Origin: an uncultured Solirubrobacterales bacterium
Lineage (GTDB): Bacteria > Actinomycetota > Thermoleophilia > Solirubrobacterales > Solirubrobacteraceae
Direction: 5' to 3'
DNA: 64,000 nt
NCBI GenBank assembly: GCA_963847055.1
Contig: CAWJYE010000008.1
Coordinates: 298,947-362,946 of the forward strand
Positions 26,730-34,367 of the stretch are shown here, in pieces (the first letter of the stretch is position 1; the number at the start of each line of letters is the position of its first letter). The translations under genes and the position numbers were made by a program. The notes under the pieces are model-generated. The model saw nothing but the letters and a program-made list of their open reading frames with translations. It was not told the origin of the DNA and searched no databases.

Positions 26730-27881
26730 ATGGCCGATCCCAACGCCTTTGCTCCCCTTGATCCGCCTGAGCGACTGCTCTGTGGACCCGGCCCGAGCAA
26801 CGTCACGCCAGTCGCGCTGGCGGCCATGCAGCGACCGCTGCTCGGGCACCTCGACCCCCATCTGCACGAGATCATGACCGAGTTGGTCGGCCTCTTGCGA
26901 GCGGCCTACCAGGCCGCGGGCGGCCTGGTGCTGCCACTTCAAGCGACCGGGACCTCCGGGATGGAGTGCGGTCTGGCCCACCTGCTCGAGCCGGGCGATA
27001 CCGCGATTATCGGCGTGAACGGTTTCTTCGGACGCCGGGTGGTCGAGATCGCCGGCCGGCTGGGCGCCAAGGTCGTGCCGGTGAACGCCGACTGGGGCTG
27101 CCATGTGTCCAACCAGCAGCTGCTTGAAGCCCTCGACGCGCACCCCGACGCGCGGCTGATGGCGGTCATCCACGCCGAGACCTCGACCGGGGTCCGGCAT
27201 CCCCTGGCCGAGCTCGGAGACGAGCTGCGCGACCGCGAGGTGATGCTGATGGCCGACTGCGTGACCTCGCTGGGTGGCGTCGAGCTCGACTTCGACGGTT
27301 GGGGAATCGACTTCGCCTACTCCTGCACGCAGAAGTGCCTTGGTGCCCCGCCCGGCATGTCTCCGGTGGCCGTGTCGGACCGCGCGCTGGAGCGGATCAA
27401 GGCGCGCACGCATCCAGTCTCCTACTCGCTCGACCTTGAGCTGCTCGAGCGTTTTTGGGTCAAGCGCCCCGCCGTCTACCACCACACTGCCCCGGTGCTC
27501 CACATCTATGCGCTCTACGAGGCCCTGCGCGAGGTGGCGAGCGAGGGCCTGCGGGCTCGCTGGGAGCGCCACAACCGGGCCGGCTCCTACCTCCAGGACG
27601 AGCTGAAGGCGCGGGGCCTCGAACTCCTCGCCGAGCCCGAGCACCAGCTGGCCCCGCTGACCGCGGTGCGCGTCCCCGAGGGGGTCGACGGCCCGCACGT
27701 GCAGGCGCGCCTGCTGCGCGAGCACCGGATCGAGGTCGGCGGCGGGCTTGGCCCGGCGGCGCCGGCGATGTGGCGGATCGGGTTGATGGGCTACAACGCC
27801 CGCATCGAGATCGCTGACCGGGTTCTGGCGGCGCTCGACGCCGTACTCGCTGACGAGCCCGCGCTGAGTCCCACCGCCTGA
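26730..27881 (+). CDS. Class V PLP aminotransferase, alanine/serine--glyoxylate aminotransferase type
   Basis: LLCGPGPSN, GHLDP, TGTSGME, IHAETSTGV, DCVTSLGG, YSCTQKCL (PLP Lys), YHHT, WRIGLMG. Confidence 0.88.
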   Translation: MADPNAFAPLDPPERLLCGPGPSNVTPVALAAMQRPLLGHLDPHLHEIMTELVGLLRAAYQAAGGLVLPLQATGTSGMECGLAHLLEPGDTAIIGVNGFFGRRVVEIAGRLGAKVVPVNADWGCHVSNQQLLEALDAHPDARLMAVIHAETSTGVRHPLAELGDELRDREVMLMADCVTSLGGVELDFDGWGIDFAYSCTQKCLGAPPGMSPVAVSDRALERIKARTHPVSYSLDLELLERFWVKRPAVYHHTAPVLHIYALYEALREVASEGLRARWERHNRAGSYLQDELKARGLELLAEPEHQLAPLTAVRVPEGVDGPHVQARLLREHRIEVGGGLGPAAPAMWRIGLMGYNARIEIADRVLAALDAVLADEPALSPTA

Positions 27882-27896
27882 CCGACCGCTCGCGCC

Positions 27897-28793
27897 CTAC
27901 GGGCTGGCCTGGGGAGGCGAGGCCTCAGCGGCCTCAGCGGACGCACTGCCTTGGGCGCGAGCCGCCGCGAGCGTGTTACCGAGCAGCATGGCGATCGTCA
28001 TCGGGCCGACCCCACCCGGCACCGGAGTGATCAACCCGGCGACCTCGACCGCCGAGGCGAACTCGACGTCACCCACCAGCCCCGCCCCGGTCCGGTTGAT
28101 GCCGACGTCGATCACCGTCGCGCCCGGCTTGATCCAGCTGCCCTTGACCATTTGCGGGCGCCCGACGGCAGCGATCAGCACGTCGGCCCGGCGGCAGACC
28201 TCGTCGAGATCCCGGGTGCGAGAGTGGCACGTGGTGACGGTGGCGTTCTCGGCCAGGAGGAGTGCGGCCACCGGCTTGCCGACCAGATCCGAGCGGCCCA
28301 CGATCACCGCCTCGGCTCCCTCGAGGGCCACCTGGTAGCGGCGCAGGAGCTCGATCACGCCCGCCGGCGTGCACGGCCGCAGGCCCGCAAGCCCCTTGGC
28401 GAGCAGGCCCGCGGACACGGGCGTGAGCCCATCGACGTCCTTGCCGGCGTCGATCAGAGTCGTCAGGAAGGAGCCGTCAATGTGTTCGGGAGTCGGCAGC
28501 TGCAGGAGGATGCCGGAGACGAGGTCGTCGCCGTTGAGCTCGTGTATGAGCGTCTGCACCTCGGCCTGCGTGGCGCTGGCGGGAAGATCGTGGGCGAATC
28601 CCTCGATCCCCACCTCCGTGCACGCCCGCTGCTTGCCGGCCACGTACACGGCCGAGGCGGGATCTTCTCCCACCAGTACGGTGGCGAGCCCGGGCCGGCG
28701 GCCACCTTGCGCGCACCATGCGTCAATCGCCGCGCGAACTTCCGCACGCACCTGGGCGGCGATCGCCTTGCCGTCGATTATCTGGGCGCTCAT
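27897..28793 (-). CDS. folD: Methylene-THF dehydrogenase/cyclohydrolase
   Basis: IIDGKAIA, YVAGK, GILLQLP, KDVDGL, PCTPAG, GRSDLVGKP, VIDVGIN, TPVPGGVGPMTIAML. Confidence 0.97.
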   Translation of the reverse strand: MSAQIIDGKAIAAQVRAEVRAAIDAWCAQGGRRPGLATVLVGEDPASAVYVAGKQRACTEVGIEGFAHDLPASATQAEVQTLIHELNGDDLVSGILLQLPTPEHIDGSFLTTLIDAGKDVDGLTPVSAGLLAKGLAGLRPCTPAGVIELLRRYQVALEGAEAVIVGRSDLVGKPVAALLLAENATVTTCHSRTRDLDEVCRRADVLIAAVGRPQMVKGSWIKPGATVIDVGINRTGAGLVGDVEFASAVEVAGLITPVPGGVGPMTIAMLLGNTLAAARAQGSASAEAAEASPPQASP

Positions 28794-28820
28794 GACAAGA
28801 ACTGGTAGATAAAGGTTGCC

Positions 28821-30233
28821 GTGCCGACGACGATCACCCTACCTGGCGCGTCCGGAATCCGGGGGGCGATCGACGTGCTGCGCGTTCCGCTGCCCGGGGC
28901 GCTGCCCGTGGCCGAGGCGTTGGCGCAGCTCAGCTGCGAGCGGCTGCCCTTCGCGCTCACCGGGAGCTGGGCGGGCGGAGGCGCGATCCTCGGTTCCGAA
29001 CCGATCGCGGTGGCCGCCGACGACGCCGATCCGCTCGTGACGCTTGATGACCTTCCCTCCTGGGCGGGCCCTGCGCCGAGCGGCGCCGTGGGCGGGGGCT
29101 GGTTTGGCTGGCTCGGCTATCGGCTTGGGCGCCGGATCGAGCGCGTACGCAGCGGTCCGCCGCGCCCGGTGGTGTTGCCCGAGTTTCACCTCGCCTTCTA
29201 CGACCACGTGCTGCGCCTCGACGCCGACGGGCAGTGGTGGTTCGAGGCTCTGATCAGCGACGCCCGGCGTGCCGCGCTCGATGCGCGCCTGGCGCAATTG
29301 CGTACTCTGGTGACTGGGCCGGCACTGGCGGGGCGACCCTATGTCGCACCGCCGCCGCTCACCCTCGCCCGAGCCGCCGCTCAGCACCATCTCGATGCGG
29401 TCAGCGACTGCCGGGCGCGAATCGCAGCCGGCGAGATCTTCCAGGCCAACCTGTGCGTGCGACTCGAGTCCCGATGGCAGAGACCGCCGACCGAGCTGTT
29501 GGCTCAGGCCCTGACCGGCACCACCCCGCCCTTCGGCGCCGCCTTTCACACCCCGCGGGGCGGGATCGCCAGCCTCTCGCCCGAGCTCTTCCTGCGCCGC
29601 CGCGGCGAGCATGTTGTCACCGCCCCGATCAAGGGCACAATCGTCCGCGAAGCCGGACCGGCGGCCGCGGGCGCCCGAGCCCGGCTACTCGCCTCGAGCA
29701 AGGATGCCGCCGAGCACGTGATGATCGTCGACCTGATGCGAAACGATCTCGGGCGCGTTTGTCGCTACGGCTCGATCGAGGCGCCCCGCGCCCCCACCGC
29801 CGAAGCCCTCCCCGGCCTCTGGCATCTCGTCTCCGAGGTCACCGGGCGACTGCGCCCAGCGACCGGCAACGCTGACCTGCTCCGGGCCACCTTCCCCCCC
29901 GGGTCGGTCACCGGCGCCCCCAAGGTCCAAGCACTGCAGGTGATCGCCGCGCTGGAGGGGAGCGAGCGAGAGGTGTACACGGGCGCGATCGGGTACGCCA
30001 GCCCGGTCGCTGGGCTCGAGCTCAGCGTGGCCATCCGGACCCTCGAGGTCCATGACGGCGCCCTGTGGCTGGGAGCCGGCGGGGGCATCGTCGCCGACTC
30101 CGATCCCCAGACCGAGCTCGAAGAGGCCCTCGCCAAGGCCCGGCCGGTGGCCGACGCGATCGGGACCACGGTGGCTGTGGAGCCCGCGCCCAGATCAGCC
30201 GCGACCCCGGCTCGTGGTGTCCCCGATGCCTGA
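28821..30233 (+). CDS. pabB: Aminodeoxychorismate synthase component I (chorismate-binding)
   Basis: GEIFQANL, SLSPELFL, APIKGT, KDAAEHVMIVDLMRNDLGR, FPPGSVTGAPK, GAGGGIVADS. Confidence 0.85.
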   Translation: MPTTITLPGASGIRGAIDVLRVPLPGALPVAEALAQLSCERLPFALTGSWAGGGAILGSEPIAVAADDADPLVTLDDLPSWAGPAPSGAVGGGWFGWLGYRLGRRIERVRSGPPRPVVLPEFHLAFYDHVLRLDADGQWWFEALISDARRAALDARLAQLRTLVTGPALAGRPYVAPPPLTLARAAAQHHLDAVSDCRARIAAGEIFQANLCVRLESRWQRPPTELLAQALTGTTPPFGAAFHTPRGGIASLSPELFLRRRGEHVVTAPIKGTIVREAGPAAAGARARLLASSKDAAEHVMIVDLMRNDLGRVCRYGSIEAPRAPTAEALPGLWHLVSEVTGRLRPATGNADLLRATFPPGSVTGAPKVQALQVIAALEGSEREVYTGAIGYASPVAGLELSVAIRTLEVHDGALWLGAGGGIVADSDPQTELEEALAKARPVADAIGTTVAVEPAPRSAATPARGVPDA

Positions 30234-30948
30234 CCGTCCCGATCCGGCGCTGGGCGTATTCGAGACGCTGCTGGTCAGCGAGGGACGGATCCACGACCTC
30301 GACGGTCACCTCCAGCGCATGGATAGTTCGCTGCGCCAGCTGTACGGCCTGGGCCGGCCGGCCCGGCACCGCGACGAGCTCGAGGCACGAGCGGCCACCC
30401 TTTCGGGGTGCAACCGGCTCCGGGTCGACGCCATCCCCCGCGACGGTGTGCTGGAAATCGAATTGACGTCGTCGCCGCTGGCGCCCGGGCGGGGGGCTGG
30501 GGTTGTCGGCACGCCCGTGCTCCTACCGGGCGGCCTGGGGGAGCACAAGTGGCGTGATCGCCGGTGGCTCGAGGCCGTGAGCACCAGGGACGACGTCCCG
30601 CTCTTGATGGACGCTGACGACTGCCTGCTCGAAGCGGCGTGGGGAAATCTCTGGCTGCGGGATGGGGATCGCCTGATCACGCCGGCCGCCGACGGACGAC
30701 TGCTGCCCGGAGTGACCCGCGCGGCGCTGATCGAGCTCGCACCGACGCTCGGCTTCACGGTCGCCGAGGAGCCCGTCTCGCTCGCATTCGCGGTCGAGGC
30801 GTGCGAGGCCTTCCTCACCTCCTCGCTGCGTCTGGCCGTGCCGGTGACCGTCGCGCCGGACGCCGTCCCGAGGCCGGTCCCGAGCTCGCCGAGCCCGGAA
30901 CTCGAGGGCATCCGCGAGGCGCTCCGTCGCAAGCCCAGTGAGCCATGA
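30226..30948 (+). CDS. pabC: Class IV aminotransferase, probable 4-amino-4-deoxychorismate lyase
   Basis: GVFETLL, HLQRM, GEHKW, LEAAWGNLW, LLPGVTR, FLTSSLR. Overlaps the pabB stop. Confidence 0.7.
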   Translation: MPDRPDPALGVFETLLVSEGRIHDLDGHLQRMDSSLRQLYGLGRPARHRDELEARAATLSGCNRLRVDAIPRDGVLEIELTSSPLAPGRGAGVVGTPVLLPGGLGEHKWRDRRWLEAVSTRDDVPLLMDADDCLLEAAWGNLWLRDGDRLITPAADGRLLPGVTRAALIELAPTLGFTVAEEPVSLAFAVEACEAFLTSSLRLAVPVTVAPDAVPRPVPSSPSPELEGIREALRRKPSEP

Positions 30949-31150
30949 CTGCTGTTCAGAGCCCGATCGTCGGTCAGAACCGGGACGGCTGAGCCGGGCG
31001 ATGTCGCCCGCCATGCCCGAGCGCCTGCGGATCGTCGGACCCACCCACCTTCGTGTGCGCCGCGCCGCGATCGCCTGCGGTCCGCTCGCTGACGCGGCCG
31101 AGGCGCGAATCGTCGCGCCCCCGAGCGCGCGCTGACCGTACAGTCCTGGC

Positions 31151-31702
31151 GTGCTGATCCGCCACGCCGATCCCGCTGCCGACGCCACCGCCTGCGCCGC
31201 GATCTACGCCCCATCGGTACTCGAGGGCGTCGCCTCGCTGGAGGAGCGCGCGCCCAGCCCGGAGGAGATGGCCGCGCGGATCGAGACCACCTCGGCGGCC
31301 TACCCGTGGCTGCTTGCCGAGCTCGAGGGCGAGCCGGCCGGGTACGCCTACGCGACCGGGCACCGCTCGCGATCGGCCTACCGCTGGAGTGCCGACACGA
31401 CGGTTTACGTTTCTCCCCGCCATCATCGGCGGGGCGTCGGACGGGCGCTCTACCAGGCCCTGTTCGAGCTCCTCACGGCCCAGGGTCTGTACGTGGCGTG
31501 CGCCGGGATCACGCTGCCCAACGACGCCAGTGTCGGGCTCCACCAAGCGATGGGCTTTGAGCTGATCGGCGTCTACCGCGCGATCGGCTACAAGCGCGGA
31601 CAGTGGCGCTCGGTGGGCTGGTGGCAGGCTCAGTTACGCGTGCCGCGCGCCGGTGACACGCCCGCCGAGCCCGGGCCGCCGGCCCGGCTTGACGCGCCGT
31701 AG
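31151..31702 (+). CDS. GNAT N-acetyltransferase, phosphinothricin acetyltransferase (YncA/Pat) family
   Basis: IYAPSV, SLEERAP, HRSRSAYRWS, TVYV, RRGVGRALY, ITLPNDASVGLH, GYKRG. TACAGT-N6-GTG suggests a leaderless start. Confidence 0.9.
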   Translation: MLIRHADPAADATACAAIYAPSVLEGVASLEERAPSPEEMAARIETTSAAYPWLLAELEGEPAGYAYATGHRSRSAYRWSADTTVYVSPRHHRRGVGRALYQALFELLTAQGLYVACAGITLPNDASVGLHQAMGFELIGVYRAIGYKRGQWRSVGWWQAQLRVPRAGDTPAEPGPPARLDAP

Positions 31703-31704
31703 CG

Positions 31705-33195
31705 CTACTCCGTCTCGGTCAGGACCGGCTCGCCGGCAACTCGGTCGGCTCGGTCGGGGCTACTCGCGGCGAGGGTGGGAGTTCGCGGCATCGCGGTCTC
31801 GGCGAGCGGGGTGGTGGCCTCCGATCCCGAGCCGGTGGCCTCGATTCGGCGGTCAGATCGGCGCCGGCCGGCGGGGCGGCCGTCGGGGCGGCCGTCGGGG
31901 GCAACCACTCGTATCAGGGCTTGCACGATCTCGGGATCAAACTGGGATCCGGCGTTCGCCAGCAGCTCGGCCAGCGCCTGGTCGTGCGAGCGGGCCTTCC
32001 GGTAGGAGCGATCGGTTCGCATCGCATTCCAGGTGTCACAGCAGGAGATGATGCGGGCCTCGAGCGGGATCTGGTTGCCGGCCAGTCGATCGGGATAACC
32101 CTCGCCGTCCCATCGCTCGTGGTGAGAGCGGACGATCTGGCCTACCTCGAGCATGAATCCGCCGACGCGCCGGAGCATCTTCTCGCCTTCCAGCGTGTGC
32201 GTCTTGATGAGCCGCCACTCGTTTGGATCAAGCTTGCCGGGCTTGTTGATGATCTCCTTGGGAATCGCGATCTTGCCGACATCGTGCAGCAGCGCGCCAA
32301 ACTCGAGGTTGCGCCGGCTCTCGGCGCCGAGACCAAGCTGATCGGCCACTGCCAGCGTCAGCCCGACGACCCCCTGGGTGTGCTCGCCGGTATAGCCATC
32401 GTCGGCCGCGATCACGTCCCCGAGCAGGAGGGCCGTCCCGCGATAGGTGTCATTGAGCTCCAGCAGGCTCTTGAGGCGGCGCTGGCGCTCGTGGGCGAAC
32501 ATCGCCATCAGCCCGAGGAGGGGAACCACGGCGATCACTGCGGCCGGGGCCGCATGAAGCTCCTCGGCCACGACCAGCCCCACGCCCGAGAGCGCGGCGT
32601 CGATGAAGTAGACCCAGCTCTCGCTCAGCTGCGAGCGGATGCGAGCGCCCCGAGCGATTTTGAAGTACACCGCTGAGGCCGCGAAGTCGCCGAGGAACTG
32701 CGCCGCGAGCGCGGCGATCAGCAGCCCCGGGCCCGCGTCGCGCGGCTCGACGTTGGCGAGCGCGAAGACCACCACAGGCCCGATCACAAACCACGCGTTG
32801 CTCGGCGTCCGCAGGAGCTTGCTGAGGCCGATCCGGCCCGCGACGACGTCGGGCAGACGAGCGGCCGCCAGGGCCACGACCACGGCGAGCGGTACCAGCG
32901 CGACCGGCGCGGCGAACAGCAGCGGGACGAACGCCAGCTGGGTTACGACCGTAAAGCCGAACGGGGTGTCAAAGCGCACCCGCGACGCGAGCGCCAACAC
33001 GGCCATGCAACCCACCGCGACCGCGGGCGCAAAGCCGTGCGGTGGTTGCAGCCACCACACGCCGAACACCGCAGTAGCGAACAGGACCCCAACCAGGGTC
33101 TCAGCCAGCAGCTCACGTCGCGTCATATCCGAAGACGCCCGGCGGAGAGTGTCGGCGAGGAGCTCCTGCTCCTCGAAGCTTGGATCCAGCGCCAT
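31705..33195 (-). CDS. Membrane-anchored HD-GYP cyclic-dinucleotide phosphodiesterase
   Basis: N-terminal multi-TM region, then YTGEHT, LLHDVGK, HHERWDGEGYPDRL, RIISCCDTWNAM. Confidence 0.9.
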   Translation of the reverse strand: MALDPSFEEQELLADTLRRASSDMTRRELLAETLVGVLFATAVFGVWWLQPPHGFAPAVAVGCMAVLALASRVRFDTPFGFTVVTQLAFVPLLFAAPVALVPLAVVVALAAARLPDVVAGRIGLSKLLRTPSNAWFVIGPVVVFALANVEPRDAGPGLLIAALAAQFLGDFAASAVYFKIARGARIRSQLSESWVYFIDAALSGVGLVVAEELHAAPAAVIAVVPLLGLMAMFAHERQRRLKSLLELNDTYRGTALLLGDVIAADDGYTGEHTQGVVGLTLAVADQLGLGAESRRNLEFGALLHDVGKIAIPKEIINKPGKLDPNEWRLIKTHTLEGEKMLRRVGGFMLEVGQIVRSHHERWDGEGYPDRLAGNQIPLEARIISCCDTWNAMRTDRSYRKARSHDQALAELLANAGSQFDPEIVQALIRVVAPDGRPDGRPAGRRRSDRRIEATGSGSEATTPLAETAMPRTPTLAASSPDRADRVAGEPVLTETE

Positions 33196-33335
33196 TCTGA
33201 GGCCAGTTATCGGCACGGCGCCGGGCAGTCTTAAAGATCGCGCCGGCGGCGGCGGCCCGCTCGAACATATGTCGAGTTTTCAGCTAACCCCCCTTTAGGC
33301 CTTGCCGCCGGGGCCGATGAGCCAGCTAAATCAAA

Positions 33336-33416
33336 ACTGAAAAGGGCAAACCTGGCGCGAGCCAGGGACGCAAAGCTAGAGGTCTCGGCAAGGGCTGAGA
33401 TAGCTCGGCCGCCAGT
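33336..33416 (+). ncRNA. c-di-GMP-I (GEMM) riboswitch aptamer
   Basis: GGGCAAA, P2 CCTGGC-GCGA-GCCAGG (GNRA loop), GACGCAAAGC, AGCTA/TAGCT and TCTCGGC-AAGG-GCTGAGA P3, ACTG/CAGT closing. Lies in sense just upstream of the RBS of the 33442 gene. Confidence 0.88.
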
Positions 33417-33441
33417 GCACACCACGGAAGGTGCGTACAGA

Positions 33442-34074
33442 ATGAAGCTGTACCTTTTCAGCCGTCGCCCCCGGGTCCTGGGGGCAGTAATCGCTGGGGC
33501 CGGCCTGGTGTCCGTACTCGCCTCCGGGGCCCCGGCTCAAGCAGCGTTGATCTCGACCAGCGCCTGCGACAACTCAGCGCTCACCCAGCCGTTTCAGCGC
33601 TGGGGCGACACGTCGTCCTACAAGTTGATCGCGGGTGGGTCATTCGAAAGCGGTGCCCCCGGTTGGACGCTTAGCAACGGCGCCCGGGTCGTCGCCGGTA
33701 GCGAGCCCTACGGTGTCACCGGCTCGGTCGGGAAAGCCTCGCTCTACCTACCCGCGGGGGCATCGGCGCAGTCGCCGCTCACCTGCGTCAACGCCGCCTA
33801 CCCCACCTTCCGCTTCCTGGCGCGCAACGACTGGACGCTCTCGGCCGTGCTCGTCCAGGTGGTCTACAGCGTGCCGCTGGTCGGGCCCGTCGCGGTTCCG
33901 GTCGGCGGGGTCGCCCTGAGCGGCACATGGCAGCCCACGATCCCGATGCTCACCGCGTCGGCGGTCCCGGGCTTGCTCGACGGCGGAACGACGCCGGTGG
34001 CGCTGCGGTTCACCGCTCTGCTCGGCGCGTCACACATCGATGACGTGTTCGTCGACCCACGCATGCACTACTGA
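33442..34074 (+). CDS. Secreted hypothetical protein, CBM/galactose-binding-like jelly-roll suspected
   Basis: Signal peptide ending in APAQA, GGSFE..GW motif, two Cys, C-terminal HIDDVFVDP. GGAAGG RBS. Confidence 0.7.
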   Translation: MKLYLFSRRPRVLGAVIAGAGLVSVLASGAPAQAALISTSACDNSALTQPFQRWGDTSSYKLIAGGSFESGAPGWTLSNGARVVAGSEPYGVTGSVGKASLYLPAGASAQSPLTCVNAAYPTFRFLARNDWTLSAVLVQVVYSVPLVGPVAVPVGGVALSGTWQPTIPMLTASAVPGLLDGGTTPVALRFTALLGASHIDDVFVDPRMHY

Positions 34075-34096
34075 GCCAGTGACACACGACAAGCCA

Positions 34097-34133
34097 CGAC
34101 GGGCCTCGCCGCTTTCCGGCGCGGGGCCCGTCG
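34097..34133. terminator. GC-rich stem-loop between convergent genes
   Basis: CGACGGGCC...CTTTC loop...GGCCCGTCG. No poly-U tract. Confidence 0.6.
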
Positions 34134-34160
34134 CGCGTTAAGCCACCGGACCCTCCGCCC

Positions 34161-34367
34161 CTAGCGGCGGCGTTCCTCGAGTATCAGGGCCAGCGTCGGA
34201 CAGGCGTCAACGGCCCGACGGGCGAGACCGAGGAGCTCGGAGGGGACCGCAGACTCGTCGAGTATCGGGTAGCCCCAGTCGTCGAGGCGGATCAGCTCGG
34301 GGAGGAGCTCCGCGCACAGGCCATGGGCGTCGCACATGATCGCGTTGACACGCAGGTGGGCACTCAT
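34161..34367 (-). CDS. Small ferredoxin ([3Fe-4S]-type)
   Basis: CDAHGLC...AVDACPTLAL. Confidence 0.85.
   Translation of the reverse strand: MSAHLRVNAIMCDAHGLCAELLPELIRLDDWGYPILDESAVPSELLGLARRAVDACPTLALILEERRR

Noticed and set aside
30949-31150. Small ORF or structured RNA between pabC and the GNAT gene
   Set aside because: The candidate peptides are low-complexity, and I recognised no riboswitch (THF, ZTP, glycine) core.
31871-31902. Short GC-rich tandem repeat (PDGR x2)
   Set aside because: It has only two copies, lies in a coding low-complexity tail, and is not a CRISPR or mobile repeat.
33336-33416. c-AMP-GMP (GEMM-Ib) riboswitch
   Set aside because: The discriminating position is G, not A.
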